A DNA stretch of 60,891 nt, the filler included, from Hausera hauseri (lineage: Eukaryota), in the NCBI GenBank assembly GCA_046269625.1. It is 11 parts of 11 records of this genome, joined end to end, with 100 filler letters (N's around TTAATTAATTAA, not from the genome) between each part and the next. Parts side by side here need not be neighbours in the genome. Positions count along the whole stretch, not along the records: positions 9,036 to 16,256 come from JBJURY010029781.1; positions 16,357 to 23,044 come from JBJURY010074993.1; 9 more parts are not named here. One strand, 5' to 3'. Positions 11,559 through 23,144 of the stretch are shown here, piece by piece. The notes beneath the pieces were generated by a model. That model saw nothing but the letters and a program-made list of their open reading frames with translations. It had not been told where the DNA came from and did no database searches. A program made the position numbers and the translations under genes. Position 1 is the first letter of the stretch. Each line of letters opens with the position of its first letter.

Positions 11559-12229
11559 ATGCTTTACAATACTTTCCCGTTCTTTTGATGTGTGGTGTTC
11601 ATAGGGGTTGAATGATTTAATAATATTGGCTAGTTCATGTGTAAATTGAAGTTTTGCAGTTGACTATTCAATTTCAAAAGTTTTCCTAATTTCAAAAAGA
11701 AATTTAAATTGCAACGTTGGAAAAGATTGTAAAATACTGATGAACATTCTATAATGTAAAAGTTTCGAATTTAGAAATACCACTAAGTTAATATTATATG
11801 GAGAAAAAAAATTAATAAAGCCACCTGAAATAAAAACATTATTTATGAATTACTGTTACGCATTTGAAAACAAGGATTTGCACCTTTTCCTAAAATATTC
11901 AATTGCATAATTGTTTCAAATTTTAAATTATTTTAACGCAATCTGAAGACACTTATATTAGTTCCAATAACGTTATTTAGTAACGCATTTTTTGAATTTT
12001 GTAAAACTTTTGTAATTCAGTATGATTTATATTACTTAAACATTTTTAAATATGTTAACAGCATATTTTAGATGTTAGATAAATGAATTTAAATTTTGTC
12101 AATTGCGATTATTTTCATAAAAAAGAACGAACTATAATATATTTGTTGATATCATATGGATCATAATCATATATTTCTAGGGGTATGTCACACAAGTTAC
12201 TATTTACCTATTAAATTTTGTTTAAATAT

Positions 12230-13114
12230 TCATTGGAACGAGAATACAGAAGTATATAGATAACTTAATGCATACATGGTTAGAAATCTGAGAACGTTGA
12301 AGTAGTCATAATTTGTGGAATTGAAATTATGGATATATTGAGAATAGAATGGTAGGGTTTCTGTTTTCGTGGACAAATTCCAATTGGAATGGACTGGAAA
12401 TTTATTGAAATCGACCTGATCATATGACAAGTTTGATGTATCACTGGGGCAATTTGGTAGCATATTTTGTTGCGATTTTGATTCGACTTTTAAATTGGAA
12501 AAAGTTGATTTTGATAAACTCTTGTTTTTGTTTCTAATTTCTCTTGGCCCGTCGACAGTAACCTTAATGGCACTAGAATACATCGCATTCAATTTCGGTG
12601 AGCAGTCAAAATGGATATGAACATCAAAATATTTCCCTCTCCCACTACAACTAATAAATCTCAAATCATTGAATCGTGCTTCTCCATTAATTAGTTTCGA
12701 TTCGGAATTTCGTAAAACAGCATTATCAATGCACTGATTTGACGATGATAGCCATATTCGACAACCATTAATCGCCTGGAATCCGGCTGATTCTGCCAAA
12801 ACGAAAACTCGAAACACTGACGGAAGGGATTTATTTGACCGCCAGTGTTGCGGTAATTTCGTACAGAACACCAATGGATTATTTGTGGCTACCAGTGAGT
12901 TGATGGATGGCAACTTGGAAATGGAGGTTTCTGTTGTAAGAATATATACATAAAATTCTGCTGAAAACAGTAATTGGAATCTAAACCAATGAAAATCCAT
13001 CCCATCAATTTGAAGCTGCTCGAGAAAGCCAATTAAAATAAACAGTTGCTTTTTTGTTGTTGTGGATGTACAGTAGAAAAAAGTGGTTATCAAAATAAAT
13101 TTAATCAATTCCAT
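12230..13114 (-). CDS. runx: Runt-domain (Runx) transcription factor, divergent; the true start is probably spliced (acceptor near 12928)
   Basis: FCTKLPQHWRSNKSLP..F.V, LRNS....NGEARFNDLRF...SGRGK.F and AIKVTVDGPRE.R make up a complete Runt domain (~12530-12900). Confidence 0.93.
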   Translation of the reverse strand: MELIKFILITTFFYCTSTTTKKQLFILIGFLEQLQIDGMDFHWFRFQLLFSAEFYVYILTTETSISKLPSINSLVATNNPLVFCTKLPQHWRSNKSLPSVFRVFVLAESAGFQAINGCRIWLSSSNQCIDNAVLRNSESKLINGEARFNDLRFISCSGRGKYFDVHIHFDCSPKLNAMYSSAIKVTVDGPREIRNKNKSLSKSTFSNLKVESKSQQNMLPNCPSDTSNLSYDQVDFNKFPVHSNWNLSTKTETLPFYSQYIHNFNSTNYDYFNVLRFLTMYALSYLYTSVFSFQ

Positions 13115-14547
13115 TTACTTGTATTAAATTGCGATAAGACTAAAGGGATTTTTGTTTTTCAGAATTGGTAATTGGTATGGTCAGTAATACTGTCAATAGA
13201 GATTTAAGTTGAATCGATATATTCCGCCAGTGACTTTTAAAGTAAGTTGGTTTTCGGTTTATTCAAGTTGAATTATTATTAGTAAATGGGATATCTCCAG
13301 AAGCGATGGTCACTGCACTAACGTAAATCAATCGGTTTAAAAGTCGGAAAGAACTTAATGGATACAGGAAATTGCACTTATCGATAGCGTCAGCTGATTT
13401 GTGTCTAGGGTGGATTTTTTGTTTTAAAATACATTGGGTGAATCTGACAATGTGTTCTTGTTTCTACTTAAGATTTTCGAGTTATTACTTTTAATGTATA
13501 CTGCAAAATGTGAAAAAAAAATAAAGTTATTATATTTTAGCGAATAAAATCCGCGTGTATTCAAATCGAGATGGTGTTTTGCATTCTCGATAGGTTTTTA
13601 GTATCAAAATTTGATAACGAAATGAAACCACAGAAGTGTTGTGCATAATTCAACTTCCATAGTGGGACAACAGTTGTGAACCAACTTGGTAACCTTGCCG
13701 AGTCGAAACCGAGAATAGGTACATTGCTCGGCGAGTTTATAATGCATCATAGTATATGGCATTTTGAACTCTCGAGTTTCTGTTGTCTTTAAAGATAAAC
13801 GTGTATTGTTCATCACGATGCCATCCCGTTGATGCTTTTGAAAGAAAAACAGCAGCGTTTGGATGACCTAAATGGATCGTAATAGGCGTAATTAGCTATC
13901 ACGTTAGCGTTCTAATAAAAGACGTCAAAGATGGTGCGATCCATTTGGATCCCAGTAGGTGCAAGTCCTACACGTCTTGCAAATGTTGATGGGATGACTT
14001 ATTATTGGTCAGTCTTGCTAATTTAATACTGTAATTTATTTGAAAGTTACGGTCTGGATAATTCGGGACTCTCGTTTCGACAAAAGGAGGTCATGTTTAC
14101 GTGAACCGAATGGTTTATTATGAGTACAATTTTCCTTTGGAGATTGTTGTGGGATGCTTTGTCATCGTCGGGCGTTTCCACGTGGTTGTGGAATGAAGTG
14201 TTTAACATGCGTATCAGCGCATTGTACGGTTGGGTCAATAAAATTGGATTAGGGTTAAGGCTTTGTTTAATTGGCCGGTGATACTGCATTGAGTAGCCCA
14301 TGTTTCAAACACATGGAACCACTTCAATGGAGTTTTGTCCGAACCTATGAAGAAGGTTGGACATGCTAGTTTGGGAGGTTTGGCCGGTGCTGATGAATCA
14401 CGAATGTGTGACCAGATTAGTTTCTACGGCACTTGTGTGAATTTGAGCCCGACTGCTGTCAACGGCTGTGTGAAATGTTTGAGCCGGATTTATTTCAACG
14501 GCTGCGTTTATGTTATAAGGCGTGAATGCGGTAACCTCTGCCACCAT

Positions 14548-15517
14548 TTTAGAGGTCTGTATTGTGCAGAAGCTTTGTATGGTCATACAATACAATTACT
14601 AAAATGCAGTCGATAAAACAACTGGTGAAAACGCGGGGAAACAACAACTTCAGATTAGAAGGTTTATTTTAATAAATATAGGTTGACGGAGTGATCTCGA
14701 CGTCGTGTGTATGTGGAGTTGGACTCAACACCGTGTAAGACGTTGGCGGAGACGTCCTCGACGCCACGTGGTATTTGGTCGATGTTGCTTCGTCTGTTTT
14801 GAGACAAAATTTCCGTGAATCTTTATTTCGGTTGTCGTTGTCATCGTCACGGCTACTGCTGTCGCTGCTTGGTTGTTTCGTTTTTTGCGTCGCGTGTAGT
14901 CATCTGCAGAAAAGCTAAATGAATGTGATAAGAATATTAAAGAAATTAATCAGGAAATTATCTGCGTTCATGTCTGTATCCATTCGATTGAATTTGTATT
15001 TGATATCTGATAGCGAAGATGGGAATTACTGTTGACAGGTTTGTCCACCATGTGAAAACGATGAGGTATTTATGACGGTATGACCGACCGAAATCGTGTG
15101 CTGATGAGCTTTCGTCAGTTGTGAGACGACCACGTGACGTAGTCGAACCGATGGACAAGTTCCATACCGAATTGATAAATGATGGGCTCGTCGTAAATTC
15201 AGTAATTGTTATCGTCAATGATCAGTATCGTTGAATCATCGAGTAGATCGGGTAATGTCAGCAGATCGACCGTTCTATTTGTTATGGGTAATGACGACGA
15301 TGTTGCAGCGGTGTCTGCGGCTGACGACGAAGATGTCAACGATGCGGATTTAGTAAAGTTGTGGATTTCCCCTCTTTTGAAAAGTTCAACTCTACTACTG
15401 ATCTGCTGATTTAAACAAACGGGTTTAAATCCACAGGTTTTGATAATGATTATACCTATGGGCGATTTTGTGATTTTTTAGTATTTGAATGTTTTTAATC
15501 TTTGATTTTGTAAAGCA
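14548..15517. repeat. ~970-bp dispersed direct repeat, copy 2
   Basis: Matches 10583-11558 and continues into Polinton-like integrase sequence. Confidence 0.92.
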
Positions 15518-15749
15518 GTGGTTTGCAGCTGTACTCCAACAACTTCTTTACCTTTTACAGTTTTTGCCAAAAATCCAAACAATTTAGCATTATCCAGACT
15601 GGGGAAAGGTATTTCCATGTCATATTTTTTCTCGTTACTTCTCTTCCTGTTCCCATCCACATCACTAATACTTATTAAATCATTATCATTATCGTCATTA
15701 TTACTATATCTTAAAGTATGATTTGTCTGCGATTTTGTATCCAAAAATC

Positions 15750-16256
15750 ACAAAGTTTTGGTTATTCTTTGCTTCTTACGATTCAAAATGTAAGCCCCCT
15801 TTTCAACAGTTATCAATATATGTAAATAAAAATTCAGTCAGTGCTACTTTTTTATTACAATCTGGATTAATTCCATTTTGGACATCAACAATAAATTTCC
15901 CTGCTGTATTATTTGATTAAGTATTTCGATAACTGTTACTTGATAAAACCATATGAAATGAATCTTTCATTCTATCGGTTACGTCAATTGGTCGCAATCC
16001 CTTATTCCCTCCATATAAAGTATGGTTATAGGCATGAATTATTTTGTCTAATATATTAATCCCAATTTTATTTCCTTGGCTTGTTAAATACTTTGTCAGC
16101 CGATTTCCTCATATTCTATCAAATCGTTTTACCGTCGCAGCTTTGTGTTGTAAAAATACCGAATAATGGTTTATATCATATTTCTTAAAAACGGTTTTAA
16201 TTGCAGAATTGTAAAACTCTTTACCTAAACCGGTTTGAATGTGTCACGGCTGTTTA
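15750..16256 (-). mobile_element. Polinton/Maverick-type rve integrase remnant
   Basis: Minus strand reads P.HIQTGLGKEFYNSAIKTVFKKYDINHYSVF..HKAATVKRFDR, matching the LQTDxGKEFYN...HYST..KA..VERFNR signature; frameshifted. Confidence 0.75.
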
Positions 16257-16833
16257 NNNNNNNNNNNNNNNNNNNNNNNNNNNNNNNNNNNNNNNNNNNN
16301 TTAATTAATTAANNNNNNNNNNNNNNNNNNNNNNNNNNNNNNNNNNNNNNNNNNNNATGTTTGTTCAATCAATGGTTAAAAGATCATGGTTATCTATGTC
16401 GGAATGTTTGTTCAATCAATGGTTAAAAGATCATGTTTTAAAGGATCCTAACAATACTATGTTTTCCGATAACTGTTTTAACTCATCGTTTGGATATAAT
16501 TTGTTGTTTTCTACGTGCAATTCTTCCATTTCTTGAGTGCTAATTAGCGGCTTTCGATTGTTAATATGTAGTTCAGTATGTTGGAAGGTTTTTAATCTTG
16601 GGTTGTCCCAAACCGTCGATCTAGTTTCGATATTTCTAGGCTCTCTCCGTGAATACAGCGTCTTGGGATCATCTGCAGATTGCCGGTAACACATTTTCCG
16701 TAAAATTACGTATCGTTTCATTCTATCATAAGGATCTTCTACATTAATTGTCCTTTTATAAATTTTGTCTGATATGAGCTCGTGGTTAGCTTGTCACAAT
16801 CTTCGTAGAATGGAGAGGTAGGAGGTAACATGG

Positions 16834-18836
16834 TCAATGGCCTTTAACGACAGAGTACATATTATATCTATTTATTCCTGAAAGTACTTCTCCCTTAGGC
16901 TCGTCATCATCTGAATTATTTCTTCGTGTAATAGGTTTTGTAAATTTTCGTTTCCGTAGGAATTTAGGCCTTCCTGTTCGTTTACGATTATAGTAGCCGA
17001 CATGACGTTCTACGTCCGATTTCCATCTATTTTCTTTGTATGCTTTCAAGAATTTTCCAAAAGACGTTAAGATTGCAGTCAGTATTTTACATGAAAATCC
17101 GGTTAGTATAAATATTTCTTATCCATTTATTACTGCTTGGATAACTGCTTTGATCATTTGTATCAGATAATCGCTAAAAATCCAGATGCGGTTTGTCCAA
17201 ATATCAAAAATCTTGCCCAAATTTTGTAGAGTATTTCTGTTGTTACTCTCTGATAGTGGTTTACGCCAAGTAATGATTTCCATTTATCCCGATATCGTGT
17301 GTCGTCTACTACAGACGCCATAGCTCGATTTAGCTCATGTATTTGTTGTCGTGGAAAGGCAAGGAATTGTCTGAAAGCCTCAATTTCCTTCGGCCTGTAT
17401 ATACCTTTTGACGAGGTGTCTTGAAATTTATCGTCTGTAATTCCCTTCGCGAGATTCGTCCCTGTTAGTTTGTTTGGATCGGCAGTGATACTTCCATTAG
17501 GTAAACTAACCCAGTCTGTTTCGTTGCGTCTAAACATGGGTTCTCCTAAGCTTGCTTTACAATCCTTAAGAATGGTTGGTTGTGTCCAACAACACTCTTG
17601 TCAAGGGTGTAGCTAATCTTGGAGTATTCTGATAAATAACAGGAAGTTCTTGGATGCAACGTTTTTCTTCTACGTTGATGGGTACTTTTCTCTTTACATT
17701 CATAGGTTAGCAATACTTCGCCCGTAACTCTACCGAAAATTCCTTCTCTCATGGGAATTATTGGAGAATCCAATTCTGGGTTTGCATATATAAGAGCCAT
17801 TTTAGTTCTCATGATTTGTGTATCCAATTTGCAGTCATTCATTATCATTTTATGATATAATTCCGTTATTCCGACTTGTCCTTTATATGAGAAGTAATGG
17901 TCTCTATTTTTCAAGTAGTCCTCGATCCGAACATCCTGCGTTTCCAATTTGTAGGTTTTTGTGTTTATTTCTGTTTCAGCTACAAAGAACGCTTCATAGT
18001 ATGTGGCGAACATTACTACATCACAACGAGTCATCATCTCCTTTTTTATAAATTTTAGTCCATGCAGGTCCGCGATTAATATAGTAGGTTTAGAGTGTTC
18101 CGATACATCTTCGCGTGACCTTGAATTAGTCTCCGATTTGTCTACATATCGTTTTCCAGTAGTTTCATTAAACTTTAACTCCTTAATTTTGATAAAGTTA
18201 CATCTTCTTCCAGAGGGAGGTTCCCATACTATAACCGAACTTCTAAAAGCACAGGTTTCATCTTTTAAGTGGCCTTTTTGATTCTCCGTGTGACTTGGTA
18301 ACACTATGGAACATTACTTTCTGTGACCGCATCTCTGATTCATAAAAGTCTACGACTACCACATTCGACTGTAATCCTCCGATGTCGTATTCCTCTCCGT
18401 GGCAATGTCCACTATGCATATCTAGTCTTCCGGCCACTACCTTATATGCTCTAATTATCTTTCCTGGTTGCATTTCTAGTTGCATACTGTCCCATTGTAC
18501 TCTTCCAGTCTCTTTAGCTTGTTTGCAGTGTTGGCGTTCTAAATTCATTGGAATTAGCGGAGTAGTTGGTTTCATTATGCAGGAATATCCGTGTAATAGT
18601 CCACAGTGGAAGATACTACGCGATCGTCTCAGCATGCACTTCATTCTGTCTAACGATATCAATTCTTGTTGTTGATACAGGAGGTAACTTTTCTCTCTTG
18701 TTTCCAATTTGTGCGGTCTGGCATCTTCGCATACTTCTAGGTCCATTAAAGAATATCTCTGTCCTAATTTAAACTTATCGCAATCATAGACGGTTACCGC
18801 GCTTATATGCTTTATTAGCATGATTAAGGTAAGCAA
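16834..18836 (-). pseudogene. env: Chuvirus-like (class III fusion) envelope glycoprotein, frameshifted, copy 1
   Basis: Signal peptide, then VYDC...YSLMDLEVC...LYQ...KC.L.RSRSIFHCG, GEVLLTYEC and a C-terminal hydrophobic region FLIFGQTASGFLAII...GFSCKILTAILTSFG. ORF pieces: 18258-18836, 17546-18304, 17163-17537, 16834-17049. Confidence 0.8.
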
Positions 18837-18845
18837 GCTAATTAG

Positions 18846-21800
18846 TCATTTCGATTCATTTTTCCTATCTCCAATGTCTGACGTTGTCAGGTTACGTAAC
18901 ATATCATTGAGTTTATTGTTGTTTCTTTTGTCTTCTTCCTTGTCAAATAGCTTTGCCCAATTTACTTTGCAAGGCATTCCTCTTGCTGCTTTCCGTGCTA
19001 AGCTTATAGCCCGACTGATTTCATTCTCTCGGTTAGGGTTTATTTTGATGGCTAAATATAGTAATACTATTCTCAATTCTTCATTCATGTTTTCTACCAT
19101 GATCTTTTCTATTACTGCCTCGTCGGTTAAGTTACTTTTTGATAATATGAAACGTGAACTTCTTATCATTTTGGCTGCATCGAAAATTATCTTTTCTTTA
19201 TCGTCTAACACTTCTCCTTGAAAACTAGAATAATTCATAATTCGTATTAAATTTTTCATTAACTCTCTTAATTCCTCTTTATCTGGGCTAAGAGTCGGAA
19301 TCGACATCTGCCTCAATTCTCGAATTAATTCTTCGTTGTAATCCACTTCTTCTCGCACTTTCCTAGGTCTACCTACTGGGCGTTTCGGTCTTGGACCCTT
19401 AGTGGTTATTTCACTCGGTGGTACTAAATTTATGTCGTATTGTTCCTTATCTTCGTTCGTTTGTAAATACTCAAAATACAGTGCAGCGTCTCGAACTCCC
19501 ATGATTTGTCCTACGCATTGTTCTGTTTTGGCTTTACGTGTAGCTTTTTCTTTTTTCTGTTCGTTAGCTACTATCTCTACTATCCGGTTTGTTTCGTCGG
19601 GAATAATCCCGATATCTATTAGCTGTTCTAGGTCGTCGAGTATTCTACCTCTAAAATAGAATCTGTAATTTAGCTCGTTTGTTCCACCATTGTTTATCAA
19701 CCATTCTCTTATGTCCTTTACGTAGGAATATGTAGTCAAGTCGCATTCTTTTTCGTCCATCTATTCGGATGACACCCTTACCTTTATCGTCACCTCAGGT
19801 TTAGCACTTAAGATTTTAGCGTATTTCCTCATCAAAAGTTTCGGCACCGTATTATAAATCGTGTTTTCTCTAGATAATTTAGTTAAAGTTGGAATAAGTT
19901 GTCGTAATTTATTCTCAGTAATATTTGCGTTAATTAATTCAATCAAATCCTTTTCAGTTAGCGCTGAATCCAGTAGCATCTATACATTGAATCTCCTGTC
20001 CTGAGGATATGTTTCTATTTTGTTTCGTTGTACTGGAGTCATAGGTTTTCCGGCAAGTATATTGTCGAAGTATACATCCCATTCGGGTTCATTTCCGGCA
20101 TACGGGAGTCGGTAGTCCATTAAAGCCGTATTGGCTCTTTGAATATTTCCCCGAATTTCCTTCAATCTAGGTTGCATTTCTTTCATTTGCGTATTTCGAA
20201 AACCTACTCCATTTCCACAGGCATACTGAATCATTTTCAGTAATTCGCCCAATTCGTTTGGGTCAACCAGCCCTTTCTGGTAATAATCTGTCAATTCAAG
20301 AATCACATCCTTCTGTCATCTTTGTACGAATTCTCGCTTATTTTTGATTTCTGATTCCGTAAAAGCATATTTGTTTCGGTAAATTTCAAATTCTCTTGCC
20401 AGTTCATCTAACCTCGTTGCTCTTTGTTTCGTTTTGATGCATGTTTCTTTAACTTTCTGTAATTTTGGCACCAGTTGCCTCATCTTTTCATCAGTGATTT
20501 CTGCCATTCTACGTCTCATTTATAACCTTTGAGTCAGGGTCCATTGCATCCGACAATTTCTTTACGAACTTGTGTTCCTGAAAGCTAAAACGTGGATCGT
20601 CTCTTATTTTTGTCAACTTGGTATGGAAATTCTGATCTGATCCGGCCATCTATTCTTGAGGTTTATGCATAAATTTTATTGCGTCCGTTAACGTATCTCG
20701 ATTTCCCGGACAGATGTTTAAGATTTTGATATCTTGGGCAGAGATTTCATTGATCGATTTTTCCGTTAAGTACTGGATTCCTTCTATGCGAATAACCCTT
20801 AACCTTGAGTTTACATCATGAATCATATTCCGCTTTTCCGTAAAGTTCGTCTCCTCAATCAGTTTGTAGATATCCTCCAATATCCACGTTTCTCGTTCCT
20901 GTTCCATAAATTTTAGTCGTAGTAACGCTTCGACTTGAGTACGGATGCTTATTTCTATTTGCATTGTGACTAAATCTTGTGCATTTTCTTCTAATTGCTT
21001 CTTTACCATTGGCTCGCTTTGCGGAAATTCCCTTTTCCGGTCTTCTACTAATTTGGTTAATCGCGTTATTATTTCGGATTATTCCGACAATTGATTTCCA
21101 ATAATTGGCTTGGCCAGTATAGCCTTATCCAGAATCTTATATGCATCTTCTAATGCATCGTCCGGTCCTCTTAGGAAATTCGTAATCCGACCGACATAAC
21201 TAAACTTATCCTTGTACTTGTCCAACTCTACGATACAAGCTTTTATTACATATTGAGTCTCCTCGTGATTTTGGGACATGATTCGATTCGTTAAGCTATA
21301 AATCTGTGCTCGCTTTTCATTTTCTATCTTAATCCGATTTTCTAGTCTCGTATATTGTTTGGGCGTAGCAAATGCGATTTTTATCATCTCCGTGAAGGGA
21401 GGAATATCCAATGGGTCTGTACCCAATATTTCTAAATCGATCTTACTGCGATGGTTAACCAGTTTTTTCTTAAGCCGGTTGATCAATATGTAACGAATTT
21501 CATCCACCATAAGCTCTAAGTTTCGAACCATTCTCTTCAGTTTTGGGTTTGCCTCTAAAGTGGACAATAGCGTTTGAGCCTTAGTTACTTTTACGTCGAC
21601 TCTATCTTCATTTTTATTCCATCCTTCCGGAAATTCTACTCTGCTTTTAATCCATGAATATAATTCCTGCTTCCATTTTAACAACGTTTCGGTTGATACC
21701 TCTTCGGGTTGTTCTAAGTCGACTGCTTCCGCAAACTTTCCTTCGCTACGCATTTTCAAACTTTTATATAACTTCTCAGCAAATTGTTGTTCTTTTCCGG

Positions 21801-23044
21801 TTATATCGACTTGTTCGCTAATCTGTTTGAGCCTTTCCAAATTTTGTTGTAGTATTTCCGGCTCTATACATTTAATTCGTATTTTCTTAACTCATCGACA
21901 TTTTTCCATGAACGTCGGACCTTCCATTTCTTTGGATCGAAATCATCATTGTTTGCCGTCTCTTCCTCACTAATTGGAAGTGGGCAGACCTCGTTAATTT
22001 CATTAATTGCCTCCATAGACTCTACAGGTGTGTTAGAGCTAATTTCTGGTGTATTCAAACTATGGTCCATGTCGCTTCCTATAACGACGTTCGGGTTTTC
22101 CGTTTCGTCAATTTTCTCTCTAATTATTTTGGAGCGTGAACGACTTCTTTGGTTCGTTTATAGAGAAGGGCTACGGCCTCTGTTTTTCGTAATTTTAAGT
22201 ATTAATTGCTCCATAAATTTTTTTTCTGCTGCATCAGCTGCATCATCCTCAGTAGGCTTAGCTACTTTTTCGGCTGTAAACTCAGGCTCTGCGTCTAAGT
22301 CGACTGCCATCGATGTGCCTGGTTTATCATATTGCATATTGCTCGTTGGAACACTCTTTTTCCGTGTCATATCACTTCGTTTAGGTGCTATTGCGTGTTC
22401 ATATTCAGTTTCTGGTTCTGCTAAGCCATAGTACACTTCTAGTAATCTTAATTTATCTCCGTATTTTCTTCTAGCCACCAGAATTTGTAAGTTAGTGGTA
22501 ACCGGCTGAGCATCTAAGAATTTTCTCAAATCCTGTATATCGATGATAGTGCCTGTATCTCCACGATTGCCATACTTTCCTTCTAGATTCTCATTGATTC
22601 TAATCATACTAGTCTTATTTGGCTCAGTAAATGATACGCTACGTGGGTTTAGACATGACCTTGAAATGTGTCCTTCTTTGCCACAAGTAAAACAAACCCA
22701 ATTCCCATTTCTGCTGACTCTCTGTCGACCGTCTTCGTTCACTGGTGACTTAGATCTATTTATACCCTTACTATACTGGTTTGGCAAACTTTGCACATTG
22801 TCGGCATTTCGTTTATTATCGTTATTTCGGTTATCACTGTTTTAATTCGAGTAGTTTGAGCCTTTATAATTTCCTCTATTCCTATCCCAGCTAGAGTTTG
22901 ATCTGTTTGAATTTGTATAATTACTACCTCTGCCATTTCTGTAACCGCCATTATTACTTCTATTCCAATAATTTCTGTTACCCGTAAATCGTCTGTCGTC
23001 TCTTCCACGATTATCATTGCGATTTCTATCGTTCCGGTAATTTC
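18846..23044 (-). pseudogene. gag: Gag C-terminus (CCHC knuckle) with long in-frame extension (unknown helical domains, UBL, AT-hook), copy 1
   Basis: CFTCGKEGHISRSC. ORFs starting at 22796, 22070, 20519, 20306, 19979 and 19760 share one frame; 21840 and 21009 are in a shifted frame. No PR, RT, RNase H or IN motifs are visible. Confidence 0.75.
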
Positions 23045-23144
23045 NNNNNNNNNNNNNNNNNNNNNNNNNNNNNNNNNNNNNNNNNNNNTTAATTAATTAA
23101 NNNNNNNNNNNNNNNNNNNNNNNNNNNNNNNNNNNNNNNNNNNN

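Noticed and set aside
16357-16435. 47-bp tandem duplication as an element terminus
   Set aside because: It lies at a contig edge and is more likely an assembly overlap or local slippage.
22545-22570. GDTG after the zinc knuckle as a retroviral aspartic protease active site
   Set aside because: The homologous position in copy 2 reads GDIS, and both the preceding hydrophobic strand and the downstream ILGxD motif at the expected spacing are missing.
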